Assembly: GCA_017656185.1 (NCBI GenBank)
Contig: JACDOK010000001.1
Span: 205 to 64,204, forward strand
DNA length: 64,000 nt
Source: Peptococcaceae bacterium
Lineage (GTDB): Bacteria > Bacillota > Desulfotomaculia > Desulfotomaculales > JACDOK01
Direction: 5' to 3'
This document shows positions 38,680-47,218 of the stretch, one piece after another (position 1 is the stretch's first letter; each line of letters opens with the position of its first letter). The notes beneath the pieces are model-generated. The model did no database searches, was not told where the DNA came from, and saw only the letters and a program-made list of their open reading frames with translations. The translations under genes and the position numbers were made by a program.

Positions 38680-40051
38680 CGCCGGTCACCTCCCCCGTAA
38701 CCCTGGTACGCAATATTTTTTCCACCGGCCATAAGGCGGTATAAGTAGCGAGGAAATAGGCCGTCTTTCCCTGACCCTTCAATGTCTCGTCAACGGCCTG
38801 CGCCATTCTTGGTATCACCTTGAGCTTGCTTGTGGGCATACCGGCGTACTTGAGCCGCACCGCCATTTCGGCCGCCCTCTTGCCACTGCAGATAACCTGC
38901 TTTAATCCCGCCGCCCTGAGGGCCAAAGCTTCGAAGTCCACATCCCACAGCCAGGAAATATCACGCCCGTCGGCGGCGTTATCATTGATGGCAATAAAGA
39001 GGTCCTTTATTCCTTCCGTTTCAAGTATCAGGGATATACTTTCATTAAAGCCGGTAGGATTTTTTACAAGGTTCAGGTATACCTGCTTGTCCCGGTACCA
39101 AAAGGCCTGCAACCTGCCGGTAGCGGGTTTGAAAGAAGCAAAGCTCTGCTGGAGAGATGCAGTCATGAGACCAAGCCATTTTCCGGCGGTAAATGATGCC
39201 AAAGCATTGTAGAGGTTATAAAATCCCCCTACCGAGAGGCGTAATGTAACGGACTCATCACGCCAGGTAACCCGACATGCGATTTCTTTATGGCGGGAAC
39301 GCACTTCACGCGCTTCAACATCGGGCTTGGGCCGTGTAAAGCTGCAGGAAGTACAGTGGTATTGTCCCAGCTGGCTGTAATGATAACAGGAGTACCGCAG
39401 CTCAGAACCGCAGAGGGGACAAAAGCGGGATTCACGGCAGGCCACATTTACTTCCTCCCGCCGCTCATGGGGTTCCAATCCATAATAGGCTACGTTCCAT
39501 CCCGAGGCACCCAACTGCGCCACCAGCGGATCATCGGCGTTAAGAACAAGACGACCCGCCGGCAATTTCTCAAGAGCCTCGCGAATAAAGCTCACCGTCT
39601 TATCCAGTTCCCCATAGCGGTCCAATTGATCCCGGAAAAAGTTCGTTATCACCACCATTCCGGGGCGTACGGCACTAGCCACGCGCGGAAAACTGGCTTC
39701 ATCGACCTCCAGCACGGCGTAATCAGCTTTCACCCGGCCCAACAAGTCAGACTTCCTAATAAAGGCAGTAGTTACTCCGGTTACCAAATTGGCCCCCTCT
39801 AGATTGCAGATAACCGTATGCCCTTCGGTTTTTAAAGCTGCGGCCAGTAAATTGTTGGTTGTGGTTTTGCCGTTGGTGCCGGTAACGATGATGGATTTCT
39901 CCCGCACCTGCCGCGCCAAAGCGTGCAGCGCCGCGGGATAGAGTTTGAGCGCTATTACGCCGGGCAGGGACGACCCCCGCCCCCCTAATAAGCGGCTGAG
40001 AAAGGCGACTATTTTACCGGTCCATACGGCAAGGATAAGACGCAGCCTCAC
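38648..40051 (-). CDS. murT: Lipid II isoglutaminyl synthase ligase subunit MurT (Mur ligase family plus DUF1727)
   Basis: GTNGKTTT P-loop, a Cys4 ribbon (CPLCG...CTSC) and a DUF1727-like C-terminus. The GTG at 40051 follows AGGAGG at 7 nt. Confidence 0.9.
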   Translation of the reverse strand: MRLRLILAVWTGKIVAFLSRLLGGRGSSLPGVIALKLYPAALHALARQVREKSIIVTGTNGKTTTNNLLAAALKTEGHTVICNLEGANLVTGVTTAFIRKSDLLGRVKADYAVLEVDEASFPRVASAVRPGMVVITNFFRDQLDRYGELDKTVSFIREALEKLPAGRLVLNADDPLVAQLGASGWNVAYYGLEPHERREEVNVACRESRFCPLCGSELRYSCYHYSQLGQYHCTSCSFTRPKPDVEAREVRSRHKEIACRVTWRDESVTLRLSVGGFYNLYNALASFTAGKWLGLMTASLQQSFASFKPATGRLQAFWYRDKQVYLNLVKNPTGFNESISLILETEGIKDLFIAINDNAADGRDISWLWDVDFEALALRAAGLKQVICSGKRAAEMAVRLKYAGMPTSKLKVIPRMAQAVDETLKGQGKTAYFLATYTALWPVEKILRTRVTGEVTGGKTAYLSSLS

Positions 40052-40153
40052 GCTTACGCCTCCTGATATCCACATACATTACTATTTATTTCCATATTGC
40101 ATAAATTTAGCCGTTACGACACCCTTCATTGCTTACTGCTCACTGCTTACTCA

Positions 40154-41002
40154 TCAGAACTCCGGCGGCAGTTCCTTGATCTCGGTCAGGTTGAACACCG
40201 GCCCGTCCAGGCACACGAACTTACTGCCGATGTTGCAGCGACCGCATTTACCGATCCCGCATTTCATACGCAGCTCCAGCGTGGAATAAATCTGCTCGTC
40301 CTTAAAGCCCAGCTTTTCCATCGCCTGGAGCACAAACTTGATCATAATCGGCGGTCCACACGTCAGGGCAATCTTATTGCCGGCAGCAGGCGCTATTTCT
40401 TCCACATAGGCCGGGACAAACCCGACATGCCCGTCCCACTGCTCCTCTTCCCGGTCAATGGTGGTATAAACAGCAGTACCTTCTTTTTGAGGCCACTCTT
40501 CAAATATTTGCCGCTTGAAGCATAAATCATCATAAGAACGCGCCCCGTATATGATTTCGACCTTACCGTAATCACCCCGGTTCTCGTCCGCCAGGACAAA
40601 GTCAATCAAGGAGCGTAGCGGCGCCAGTCCGATACCGCCGCCGATAAACAACAGGTCCTTACCTTTCATTTTTTCGTACGGGAAGTAATTACCGTAAGGC
40701 CCGCGCAGGCCTATCTTGGCGCCTTCTTCGAGCCCATGCAGCGCCGTAGTCACCTTTCCCATCCGCTTGATACTGAACTCCAAATATTCCCTCTGGGTAG
40801 GGGAGGAACTGATCGAAAACATGGCTTCCCCGACGCCGAACACGGATAACATGGCCAGCTGGCCGGGTTCATGGCGCCAGCGTGTCATAGCCTCGGCGTT
40901 GTCTAAAGTTACGCGAAAGGTGTTGACATCCCCGGTTTCGGGAATAATTTTTTCTATGGTAGCCGGCTGGGGCAGAAGTGGATTACGGACGGCCTGTTCC
41001 AC
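40154..41002 (-). CDS. flxA: FAD/NAD(P)-binding oxidoreductase with C-terminal [2Fe-2S] site (FlxA-like; PyrK/AsrB/HydG family)
   Basis: 282-aa ORF with the C-terminal CGIGKCGRCN...C motif. Last gene of the hdr-flx cluster. Confidence 0.8.
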   Translation of the reverse strand: MEQAVRNPLLPQPATIEKIIPETGDVNTFRVTLDNAEAMTRWRHEPGQLAMLSVFGVGEAMFSISSSPTQREYLEFSIKRMGKVTTALHGLEEGAKIGLRGPYGNYFPYEKMKGKDLLFIGGGIGLAPLRSLIDFVLADENRGDYGKVEIIYGARSYDDLCFKRQIFEEWPQKEGTAVYTTIDREEEQWDGHVGFVPAYVEEIAPAAGNKIALTCGPPIMIKFVLQAMEKLGFKDEQIYSTLELRMKCGIGKCGRCNIGSKFVCLDGPVFNLTEIKELPPEF

Positions 41003-42034
41003 CTAGCCCACCTCCTTGATCTCAGCAATTACCTGGATGATATCCATGTTTACCGGGCATTTTTCAATACAACGACCACATCCCACACAGCCGGTGACCC
41101 TGTAACGATCAAGATGGTACTTAAGTTTATGCATGAAGCGATTGCGCACCCGTTCCTTTTTGCCGGGGCGGGGGTTATGGCCGCTCGTATGCAGGGTAAA
41201 ATCAGTAAACATGCAGGCGTCCCAGCAGCGCAATCGGCTGCCACAGTTGCTCCCGCCCCCGTTTTCATCGATAATGTCAAAGCAGTGGCAGGTCGGACAA
41301 ACAAAGGTACAAATACCGCAGGTAAGGCATTTACGCGCCAACCGTTCCCAGTAGGGATGCTCAAACATATTGTCCAACCTGGCCTTAACCCCATCCAGAT
41401 CAACCTTACGCTTGAACTGGGTGTCAAGCTGCACGGCCAGTTGTTCTTTTTCTTGTAAAGCACCATCGACCCCGGTTTCGGTAAACAAATCGGAATAGTC
41501 CTTCAGCAAAGCCTCACCCTTGGAGGTCAGCGCCTCGGCCAGGTATCCGTCTTTCACTTCCGTCAAAAAGAGGTCGGCCCCTTCACCCGAGGTAGGGCCA
41601 AACCCGAAAGCGCGGCAAAAACAGTTGTAGCGTACCTTGCGGCAGCTCAACCCGATAATGGTGGTTTTGACCCTCTTGTCGAGATAGTACGCGTCCTTGT
41701 AGTTTCCGTCAAAAACAGGATCTAAACTTAAAAGGGCCCTGGCATCACAGGGTTTTACTCCCAAGAGTACACTGGGGCCCGCCGGGCCAGGTTCTTCCAG
41801 AACAAGTGCATTGCTACCCTGTTGGTATTTGTAAAGGACCTCGTATTGCGGGAAGAAATGACCCTTGGGCGCAAAACAGAAAGCATCGGCTTCCAGAGTA
41901 ATTTCATTCACAGAGGTCACACGCCGGTAAAATATATTGCCGTCCTCTTCTATAGGCGCCACCAGTTCATTCCCGGAAGCAAGGCGTTCTAAGAACACGT
42001 TGAACCGGTCCTTGTTTATCAACTTCACCGTCAA
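41003..42034 (-). CDS. flxB: 4Fe-4S dicluster protein (FlxB-like; AsrA/sulfhydrogenase beta family)
   Basis: 343-aa ORF with CLTCGICTFVCPTC and CVGCGRCIEKCP motifs. Confidence 0.8.
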   Translation of the reverse strand: MTVKLINKDRFNVFLERLASGNELVAPIEEDGNIFYRRVTSVNEITLEADAFCFAPKGHFFPQYEVLYKYQQGSNALVLEEPGPAGPSVLLGVKPCDARALLSLDPVFDGNYKDAYYLDKRVKTTIIGLSCRKVRYNCFCRAFGFGPTSGEGADLFLTEVKDGYLAEALTSKGEALLKDYSDLFTETGVDGALQEKEQLAVQLDTQFKRKVDLDGVKARLDNMFEHPYWERLARKCLTCGICTFVCPTCHCFDIIDENGGGSNCGSRLRCWDACMFTDFTLHTSGHNPRPGKKERVRNRFMHKLKYHLDRYRVTGCVGCGRCIEKCPVNMDIIQVIAEIKEVG

Positions 42035-42048
42035 GGGATGACACCTCT

Positions 42049-43035
42049 CTACATAAATTCCTCGGGATCTTCTTTACGGTAACTGGTTAACGGAAGACCG
42101 TCCCCTATATTCAAACCGGGTGTCGTGTCACCAAATAACTCCTGTACGTCTTTGATGACCTTACGATACAACTTCCGCAGCGGGATATTGACCGGACACA
42201 CCCGCTCACATTCGCCGCAGTCAATGCACCGCCCGGTGACATCAAACATCCTGATGAGATGAAAAGTATAATTATTGTCCACACTGGCCTTCTTACTCAA
42301 CCAGCACGCCTCCTGCTGCCAGCCCGGAACGGCCTGCTCAAAGGCGCACTCCCTACAGTTACAGGCCGGGCAAACGTTGCGGCAGGCATAACACCGCAGG
42401 CAGCGGTTGAAATGCCGGTCCCAGAAAGCACTTTTAGCCGCGGGGTCAAGAGCCTCCATTTCGACTATGTCATCAAAAGTGTCACTTTTTTCTTCCTCCG
42501 CCACCGGAAGTTCTTCGCCCAACAGCACATCGCTGATCACAGGATTGGGATTACGGCACACAGCACACTTAGGCAGGAGATATTGCTCCTTGGCAAAGGT
42601 AAACTCGCCGTGGTCTGTTCGCACCACAAACTCCTGCCCGAGGTCCTCGACACTCTGTAGTTCTGCCCCGGGGTCGATCGTTGCCAGCACTTTACTGCGG
42701 TCGAGCAGCCCTCCGCATGGCACACCCAATACGACAACCCGCTCCCGCGGGAACTGTCGGTCATATATCAACCGGTTGATACCTTTACTGTCGCAGCCCT
42801 TGACCACTACAGCGAGTTTGGTATCTTCGAAACGAAAATCCAACAAGTACTTGACCAGGTTGTTGGTACAAAAAGGGTTCCAGGTGAGATTTTGCGCTTC
42901 TTCCTCATTAGTCGCGAAATAAGGGGTTGTCCGCGCTACGTCCGTGCCCTTTGCGTACCCGATGACCATGGCGACATCACCGGCCGCAAGCAGGCGGGCC
43001 GCTTCTTGGCGCAATCTATCTACGATCTGTTTCAC
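42049..43035 (-). CDS. flxC: Iron-sulfur protein (FlxC-like)
   Basis: 328-aa ORF with CLRCYACRNVCPAC and CIDCGECERVCP motifs. Its GTG start overlaps the flxD stop (GTGA). Confidence 0.8.
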   Translation of the reverse strand: MKQIVDRLRQEAARLLAAGDVAMVIGYAKGTDVARTTPYFATNEEEAQNLTWNPFCTNNLVKYLLDFRFEDTKLAVVVKGCDSKGINRLIYDRQFPRERVVVLGVPCGGLLDRSKVLATIDPGAELQSVEDLGQEFVVRTDHGEFTFAKEQYLLPKCAVCRNPNPVISDVLLGEELPVAEEEKSDTFDDIVEMEALDPAAKSAFWDRHFNRCLRCYACRNVCPACNCRECAFEQAVPGWQQEACWLSKKASVDNNYTFHLIRMFDVTGRCIDCGECERVCPVNIPLRKLYRKVIKDVQELFGDTTPGLNIGDGLPLTSYRKEDPEEFM

Positions 43036-43466
43036 TTGGCATCCCTCATTTTCCGGTTAGGTCCCAAAGCCTTTATTTTCTCGGCCATTTCGATGGCGGT
43101 TTCTACGACCTTCCCGCCTTCTGAACCCGATATCCACCGCACTTCAAAGCGCTCGGGTTCAAACCCCACGTATTCCATTAGGCGTTTAAACACCAGGAAA
43201 CGGCGCCTGGTGTAATAATTGCCACTAACATAGTGGCAGTCGCCGGGGTGTCACCCGGACACCAGCACACCGTCGGCGCCGCGCTCAAAAGCCCTCAGAA
43301 TAAAGCGGGGGTGTACCCGGCTGGAACACGGCACCCTGATGATTCTTATATTCGGAGGGTAACTCATCCGGCTGACGCCGGCCAAATCAGCACCCGCATA
43401 ACTGCACCAATTGCAAAAGAAAGCTACAATTTTAGGCTCCCAGTCCTTCTCATTGGTTACAGGCAT
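43032..43466 (-). CDS. flxD: MvhD/FlxD-type hydrogenase delta-subunit-like [2Fe-2S] protein; selenoprotein with an in-frame UGA at 43251-43253
   Basis: [30 protein letters not shown]...[28 protein letters not shown]...[15 protein letters not shown]...*. The reading frame and MvhD homology continue across the TGA, and a hairpin follows. Confidence 0.85.
43220..43238 (-). promoter_or_regulatory. Candidate bacterial SECIS hairpin for the flxD UGA
   Basis: UGCCACU-AUGUU-AGUGGCA (7-bp stem, G/U-containing loop), starting 12 nt after the UGA. Confidence 0.55.
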
Positions 43467-45448
43467 ATGGCATCCACCTCCGCCAGCATTTGCTCGTTGG
43501 TAAACCCTTTGACCTGTATCGCACCGGGACGGCACGCCACATTGCAGCACCCGCAGCCCTGACAGAGACCGCTGTTTACCGCAGCAACCGTGCGCTCTCG
43601 CGGAGGTTGGCCCGGAAGACGTTCGGTAATAACCTTGGGTTCGATGGCTTTATAAGGACACACCGGTTCACACAACATGCAGCCCGTACACAGGGCTTCA
43701 TTAACCGTAGATATCATCGCGCTGGTAGACATTTTACTGTGGGACAGGAGACCCACCACTTTGGCCGCCGCCCCGCTGGCCTGAGCCACCGTGTCCGGGA
43801 TGTCTTTAGGTCCCTGGCAGCATCCGGCCACATAGACTCCGGCCGTATGGGTTTCTACAGGCCGCAACTTGGGATGCGCCTCCTGTATAAAACCGTCCTG
43901 GTCTACCGGCGCGCCGACCAAACGTGCCGTTGTTTCCACTCCGGCCGCCGGCTGCATGGCCGTTGCCAGCACGACCATATCGGCCTTAACCTCGACCGGC
44001 CGGCCCAGCAAGGTATCGGCCCCGCGCACTACCAGCTTATCGCCGGACTGATAAATCTTGGAAACCCGGCCCCGTACGTAGATGGCACCGTCCTGTACCG
44101 TACGCTGGTAAAACTCCTCGTAACCCTTACCCGGCGTTCTAACGTCCATATAGAAAATATAGGCCTGGGAATCGGGAACCTTTTCTAATAATTGGTGAGC
44201 ATGTTTGGCCGTATACATGCAGCAAACCCTTGAGCAGTACGACTTGCCCTTGGCCTCGTCACGCGATCCCACACATTTGACAAACACGACGGTCTTAGGC
44301 TCCTTACCGTCGGACGGCCGCTTAATTTTTCCTCCGGTCGGCCCGGCAGCGTTCACCAAACGCTCAAACTGAAGGCCCGTGATAACGTCGGGATACATAC
44401 CGTAACCGTACTCCCCGTATGCCTTCGTCCAGTCAAACAGCTCATACCCCGTAGCCACAACAATAGCTCCTACCTCTTCGTCAATAAAGGTATCCTGCTG
44501 TTCGTAATCTATGGCCCCGGTGGGACACAGTTTCTCACATACCCGGCACTTCTTATTATTAAAAACACGACAGTGGTTCGCATCAATAACCGGTTTGTTA
44601 GGCACGGCCTGAGGGAAGGGAATGTAGATGGCCTTCCGCGTCCCCAAACCCCCGTTGAAATCGTCGGGTACTTTGGAGGGACACTTCTCCCAGCAGGTAC
44701 CGCATCCGGTACACTTATCGTGATCTACGTAGCGTGCCTTCTGTTTAATCTTGACCTTAAAGTTACCGATGTACCCCCCAATTTCGGCGACTTCGGCATA
44801 GGTGTATAGCTTAATATTCGGGTGAGAGGCAACCGCTACCATCTTGGGGGTGCTGATACAGGCCGAGCAGTCCAAGGTGGGGAAAGTCTTGTCCAGCTTA
44901 ACCATATTACCGCCGATCGTTGGCTCACGCTCGACGAGTATTACTTCGTGACCGGCATCGGCAATATCCAAGGCACACTGGATGCCGGCAATACCGCCGC
45001 CGATGACCAGGCAGCGCTTCGTCACCGGAATTTGCGAGGACACAAGCGGCTGTAGCAATGCCGCCTTCGCCACGGCACGGCGTACCAAATCAACGGCTTT
45101 AACCTGCGCCTTCTCCGGTTCTTTGGCATGGACCCAACTGCAGTGTTCTCTAAGGTTCGCCATCTCTAAGAGGTAAGGGTTCAAACCCGCACGCGCTAAC
45201 GCCTTACGAAAAGTTTCCTCGTGCAGGCGCGGCGAACATGAGGCCACAACAACCCTGTCGAGGCGGTGTTCCTTAATAGCCTCAATAATTAAGTTTTGCC
45301 CCGGTTCGGAACACATGTACTTATAATCGACGCTGTATACCACCCCGGGGAACGAGGCCGCTTCCCGTGCCAACTGGGGGCAGTCCAGTACACCGCCGAT
45401 ATTTGATCCGCACCAGCATACAAAGACACCTATTCTCGGCATACCCAA
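43457..45448 (-). CDS. hdrA: Heterodisulfide reductase subunit A-like flavoprotein
   Basis: 663-aa ORF with the GGGIAGI FAD motif, several 4Fe-4S motifs and an N-terminal CWCGSN-type cluster. Confidence 0.93.
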   Translation of the reverse strand: MGMPRIGVFVCWCGSNIGGVLDCPQLAREAASFPGVVYSVDYKYMCSEPGQNLIIEAIKEHRLDRVVVASCSPRLHEETFRKALARAGLNPYLLEMANLREHCSWVHAKEPEKAQVKAVDLVRRAVAKAALLQPLVSSQIPVTKRCLVIGGGIAGIQCALDIADAGHEVILVEREPTIGGNMVKLDKTFPTLDCSACISTPKMVAVASHPNIKLYTYAEVAEIGGYIGNFKVKIKQKARYVDHDKCTGCGTCWEKCPSKVPDDFNGGLGTRKAIYIPFPQAVPNKPVIDANHCRVFNNKKCRVCEKLCPTGAIDYEQQDTFIDEEVGAIVVATGYELFDWTKAYGEYGYGMYPDVITGLQFERLVNAAGPTGGKIKRPSDGKEPKTVVFVKCVGSRDEAKGKSYCSRVCCMYTAKHAHQLLEKVPDSQAYIFYMDVRTPGKGYEEFYQRTVQDGAIYVRGRVSKIYQSGDKLVVRGADTLLGRPVEVKADMVVLATAMQPAAGVETTARLVGAPVDQDGFIQEAHPKLRPVETHTAGVYVAGCCQGPKDIPDTVAQASGAAAKVVGLLSHSKMSTSAMISTVNEALCTGCMLCEPVCPYKAIEPKVITERLPGQPPRERTVAAVNSGLCQGCGCCNVACRPGAIQVKGFTNEQMLAEVDAICL

Positions 45449-45466
45449 CGACCCTCCATATATTCC

Positions 45467-46327
45467 TTACCCAATGGCCTGCAGCACTTTACTTGTATCT
45501 ACAAAGTGACTGTGCACCTTAAGATCCCTGCTGCTGATACCCATAGCTAACCCAATTAACTGGGTAAAATAGAACACCGGCACCTTGAATTTGGTTCCGA
45601 AAGCCCGGTTAACGTGTTCCTGACGGGCATCCAGGTTGCTTTGACAGAGGGGACATGCACAAGCCAGGCAATCTGCGCCCGCATCCACCGCCATCCTAAG
45701 AATATCGTGGACCAGCCGCAAAGCAACAGGTTCCCGGGAAAGCCCCAGGGAGGCACCGCAACACTCGGTTTTATAGCCCCACTCCAGCGTTTCAGCCCCG
45801 CAGATCTGAAGAATACGATCCATGGTTACCGGCTGTTCAGGATCATCAAAACCTGTTACCGCGGGCGGCCTTACCAACAGGCAGCCATAGTAACAGGCAA
45901 TCTTAAGATTATTGAGAGGTTTGACAACCTGGCTGCTGATACGCTCTCTTTCTACCGAGGCGAAAACCTCCAGCAAGGATTTTACTGTTACCTCTCCGTG
46001 ATATTCCGCGCCGATGACATCATTGACCTTGCGGCGCATTTCCTTATCATTTCTCATAACCTTGTTGGCCCCGGCCAGCCGATTGTAACAGGCAGCACAA
46101 GGGGCGGCAACATCAAGCCCCATCCTGGCTGCCAAGGCCAAATTGCGGGCCGGTAACGCAATACTCAAAAAATGATTGGTCGCGTGGGCCGATGTCGCCC
46201 CACAGCAGCTCCAGTCTTCAATTTCTTCCAGTTCAATCCCCAGGCTGCGGCTGACAACCCGGCTGGACGCATCAAATTCTTTTGCCGTAGCATGCAATGA
46301 ACACCCGGGATAATAGGCGTATTTCAT
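45467..46327 (-). CDS. hdrB: Heterodisulfide reductase subunit B-like (two CCG domains)
   Basis: 286-aa ORF with CCG motifs (DWSCCGA, TECCGAS). Confidence 0.9.
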   Translation of the reverse strand: MKYAYYPGCSLHATAKEFDASSRVVSRSLGIELEEIEDWSCCGATSAHATNHFLSIALPARNLALAARMGLDVAAPCAACYNRLAGANKVMRNDKEMRRKVNDVIGAEYHGEVTVKSLLEVFASVERERISSQVVKPLNNLKIACYYGCLLVRPPAVTGFDDPEQPVTMDRILQICGAETLEWGYKTECCGASLGLSREPVALRLVHDILRMAVDAGADCLACACPLCQSNLDARQEHVNRAFGTKFKVPVFYFTQLIGLAMGISSRDLKVHSHFVDTSKVLQAIG

Positions 46328-46893
46328 TCTCCGGCCTCCATCTGTTTTACTTTTTGAAAAATCCGGCGCACCTCATCGCCGCCCTTAATCTTGGGCGCTT
46401 TTAATCCGATTTTGCCGCGCGTAAAGTACACACGTCCAAGGTCGGCATCCTTAAAAAGGTTACCCGTTTTAAGGTTATAATTTATTGCCAAACCCAGTTC
46501 AAAAACACGCCCGTGTTTTTGTATGGCGTTCAAAAAGATATCGTGGAAAAGGGCAATTGTTTTTGCCGACCTGGTCCTTCCCTCGCGCCCGGCACGCGCC
46601 CTTAAAGCGTCCATAACCGCTGCGATGTCTATATCGCGCGGACACCTGGCCGTACAAGTGGCACAGGACGCGCACAGCCATATGGCGGAGCTGTCCAGGA
46701 CCTCGTCCTTTAAACCGAGTTGAAGCAGCCGCATCACTTGATGCGGCGGTATATCCATCTCAACCGCCACCGGGCAACCGGCTGTACACTTGCCGCACTG
46801 ATAACATTTAGCTATATTCTGCCCGGATGCACGGGCTACCTGGATCAAGAGATTTTCCCTTTCTTTCCTGCGGCCCGTTAATTCAACTCTCAT
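46324..46893 (-). CDS. hdrC: Heterodisulfide reductase subunit C-like (2x 4Fe-4S)
   Basis: CYQCGKCTAGCP and CASCATCTARCP. The ATG at 46893 follows GAGAGGGA; the upstream part of the track ORF is unconserved. Confidence 0.9.
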   Translation of the reverse strand: MRVELTGRRKERENLLIQVARASGQNIAKCYQCGKCTAGCPVAVEMDIPPHQVMRLLQLGLKDEVLDSSAIWLCASCATCTARCPRDIDIAAVMDALRARAGREGRTRSAKTIALFHDIFLNAIQKHGRVFELGLAINYNLKTGNLFKDADLGRVYFTRGKIGLKAPKIKGGDEVRRIFQKVKQMEAGE

Positions 46894-46937
46894 AATTGAT
46901 CCCTCTCTGCCAAGACTATTAAGACCCGGTAACCGGC

Positions 46938-46973
46938 AAAAAAAAATAACCCCGAACATACCTTCTATTCGGG
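46938..46973 (-). terminator. Weak hairpin plus U8 upstream of hdrC, abutting a TGATATAAT extended -10 (46974-46982)
   Basis: Minus strand TGATATAAT-CCCGAA-(11 nt)-TTCGGG-GTTATTTTTTTT. This could terminate the dinG unit, act as a leader attenuator, or both. Confidence 0.4.
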
Positions 46974-47080
46974 ATTATATCACAAAAACCTTTTTGTTTC
47001 CCCAATCAAATTGGTTGTAATTAAAGAACCCGGCGCGGATATTTTATCGTTATTTAATGAACCTCATTAATATGGCCCTC

Positions 47081-47174
47081 AGGAATCCCGGCAAACGGAA
47101 AAAATATACACGCAAGACCGTTCCCTCCTCGTATTGCTGAGTAATCTATGTCTTATCTTATTGCCGGGATTCCT
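47081..47174. repeat. Perfect 14-bp inverted repeat AGGAATCCCGGCAA / TTGCCGGGATTCCT separated by 66 nt
   Basis: Read directly in the dinG-hdrC intergenic region. Confidence 0.75.
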
Positions 47175-47218
47175 CAAATGTGCAGCCTTCTGGCTGCCAT
47201 AAATGGTCAGTAATGCCT

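Noticed and set aside
43490-44188. Long plus-strand ORFs antisense to real genes. Examples: 43490-44188 (232 aa), 19423-20034 (203 aa), 25145-25735 (196 aa), 59605-60135 (176 aa), 42407-42922 (171 aa), 20031-20543 (170 aa).
   Set aside because: All lie entirely within well-supported minus-strand genes. Their composition is low-complexity and Arg/Ser/Pro-rich, typical of shadow frames, and none has a recognisable family or start signals.
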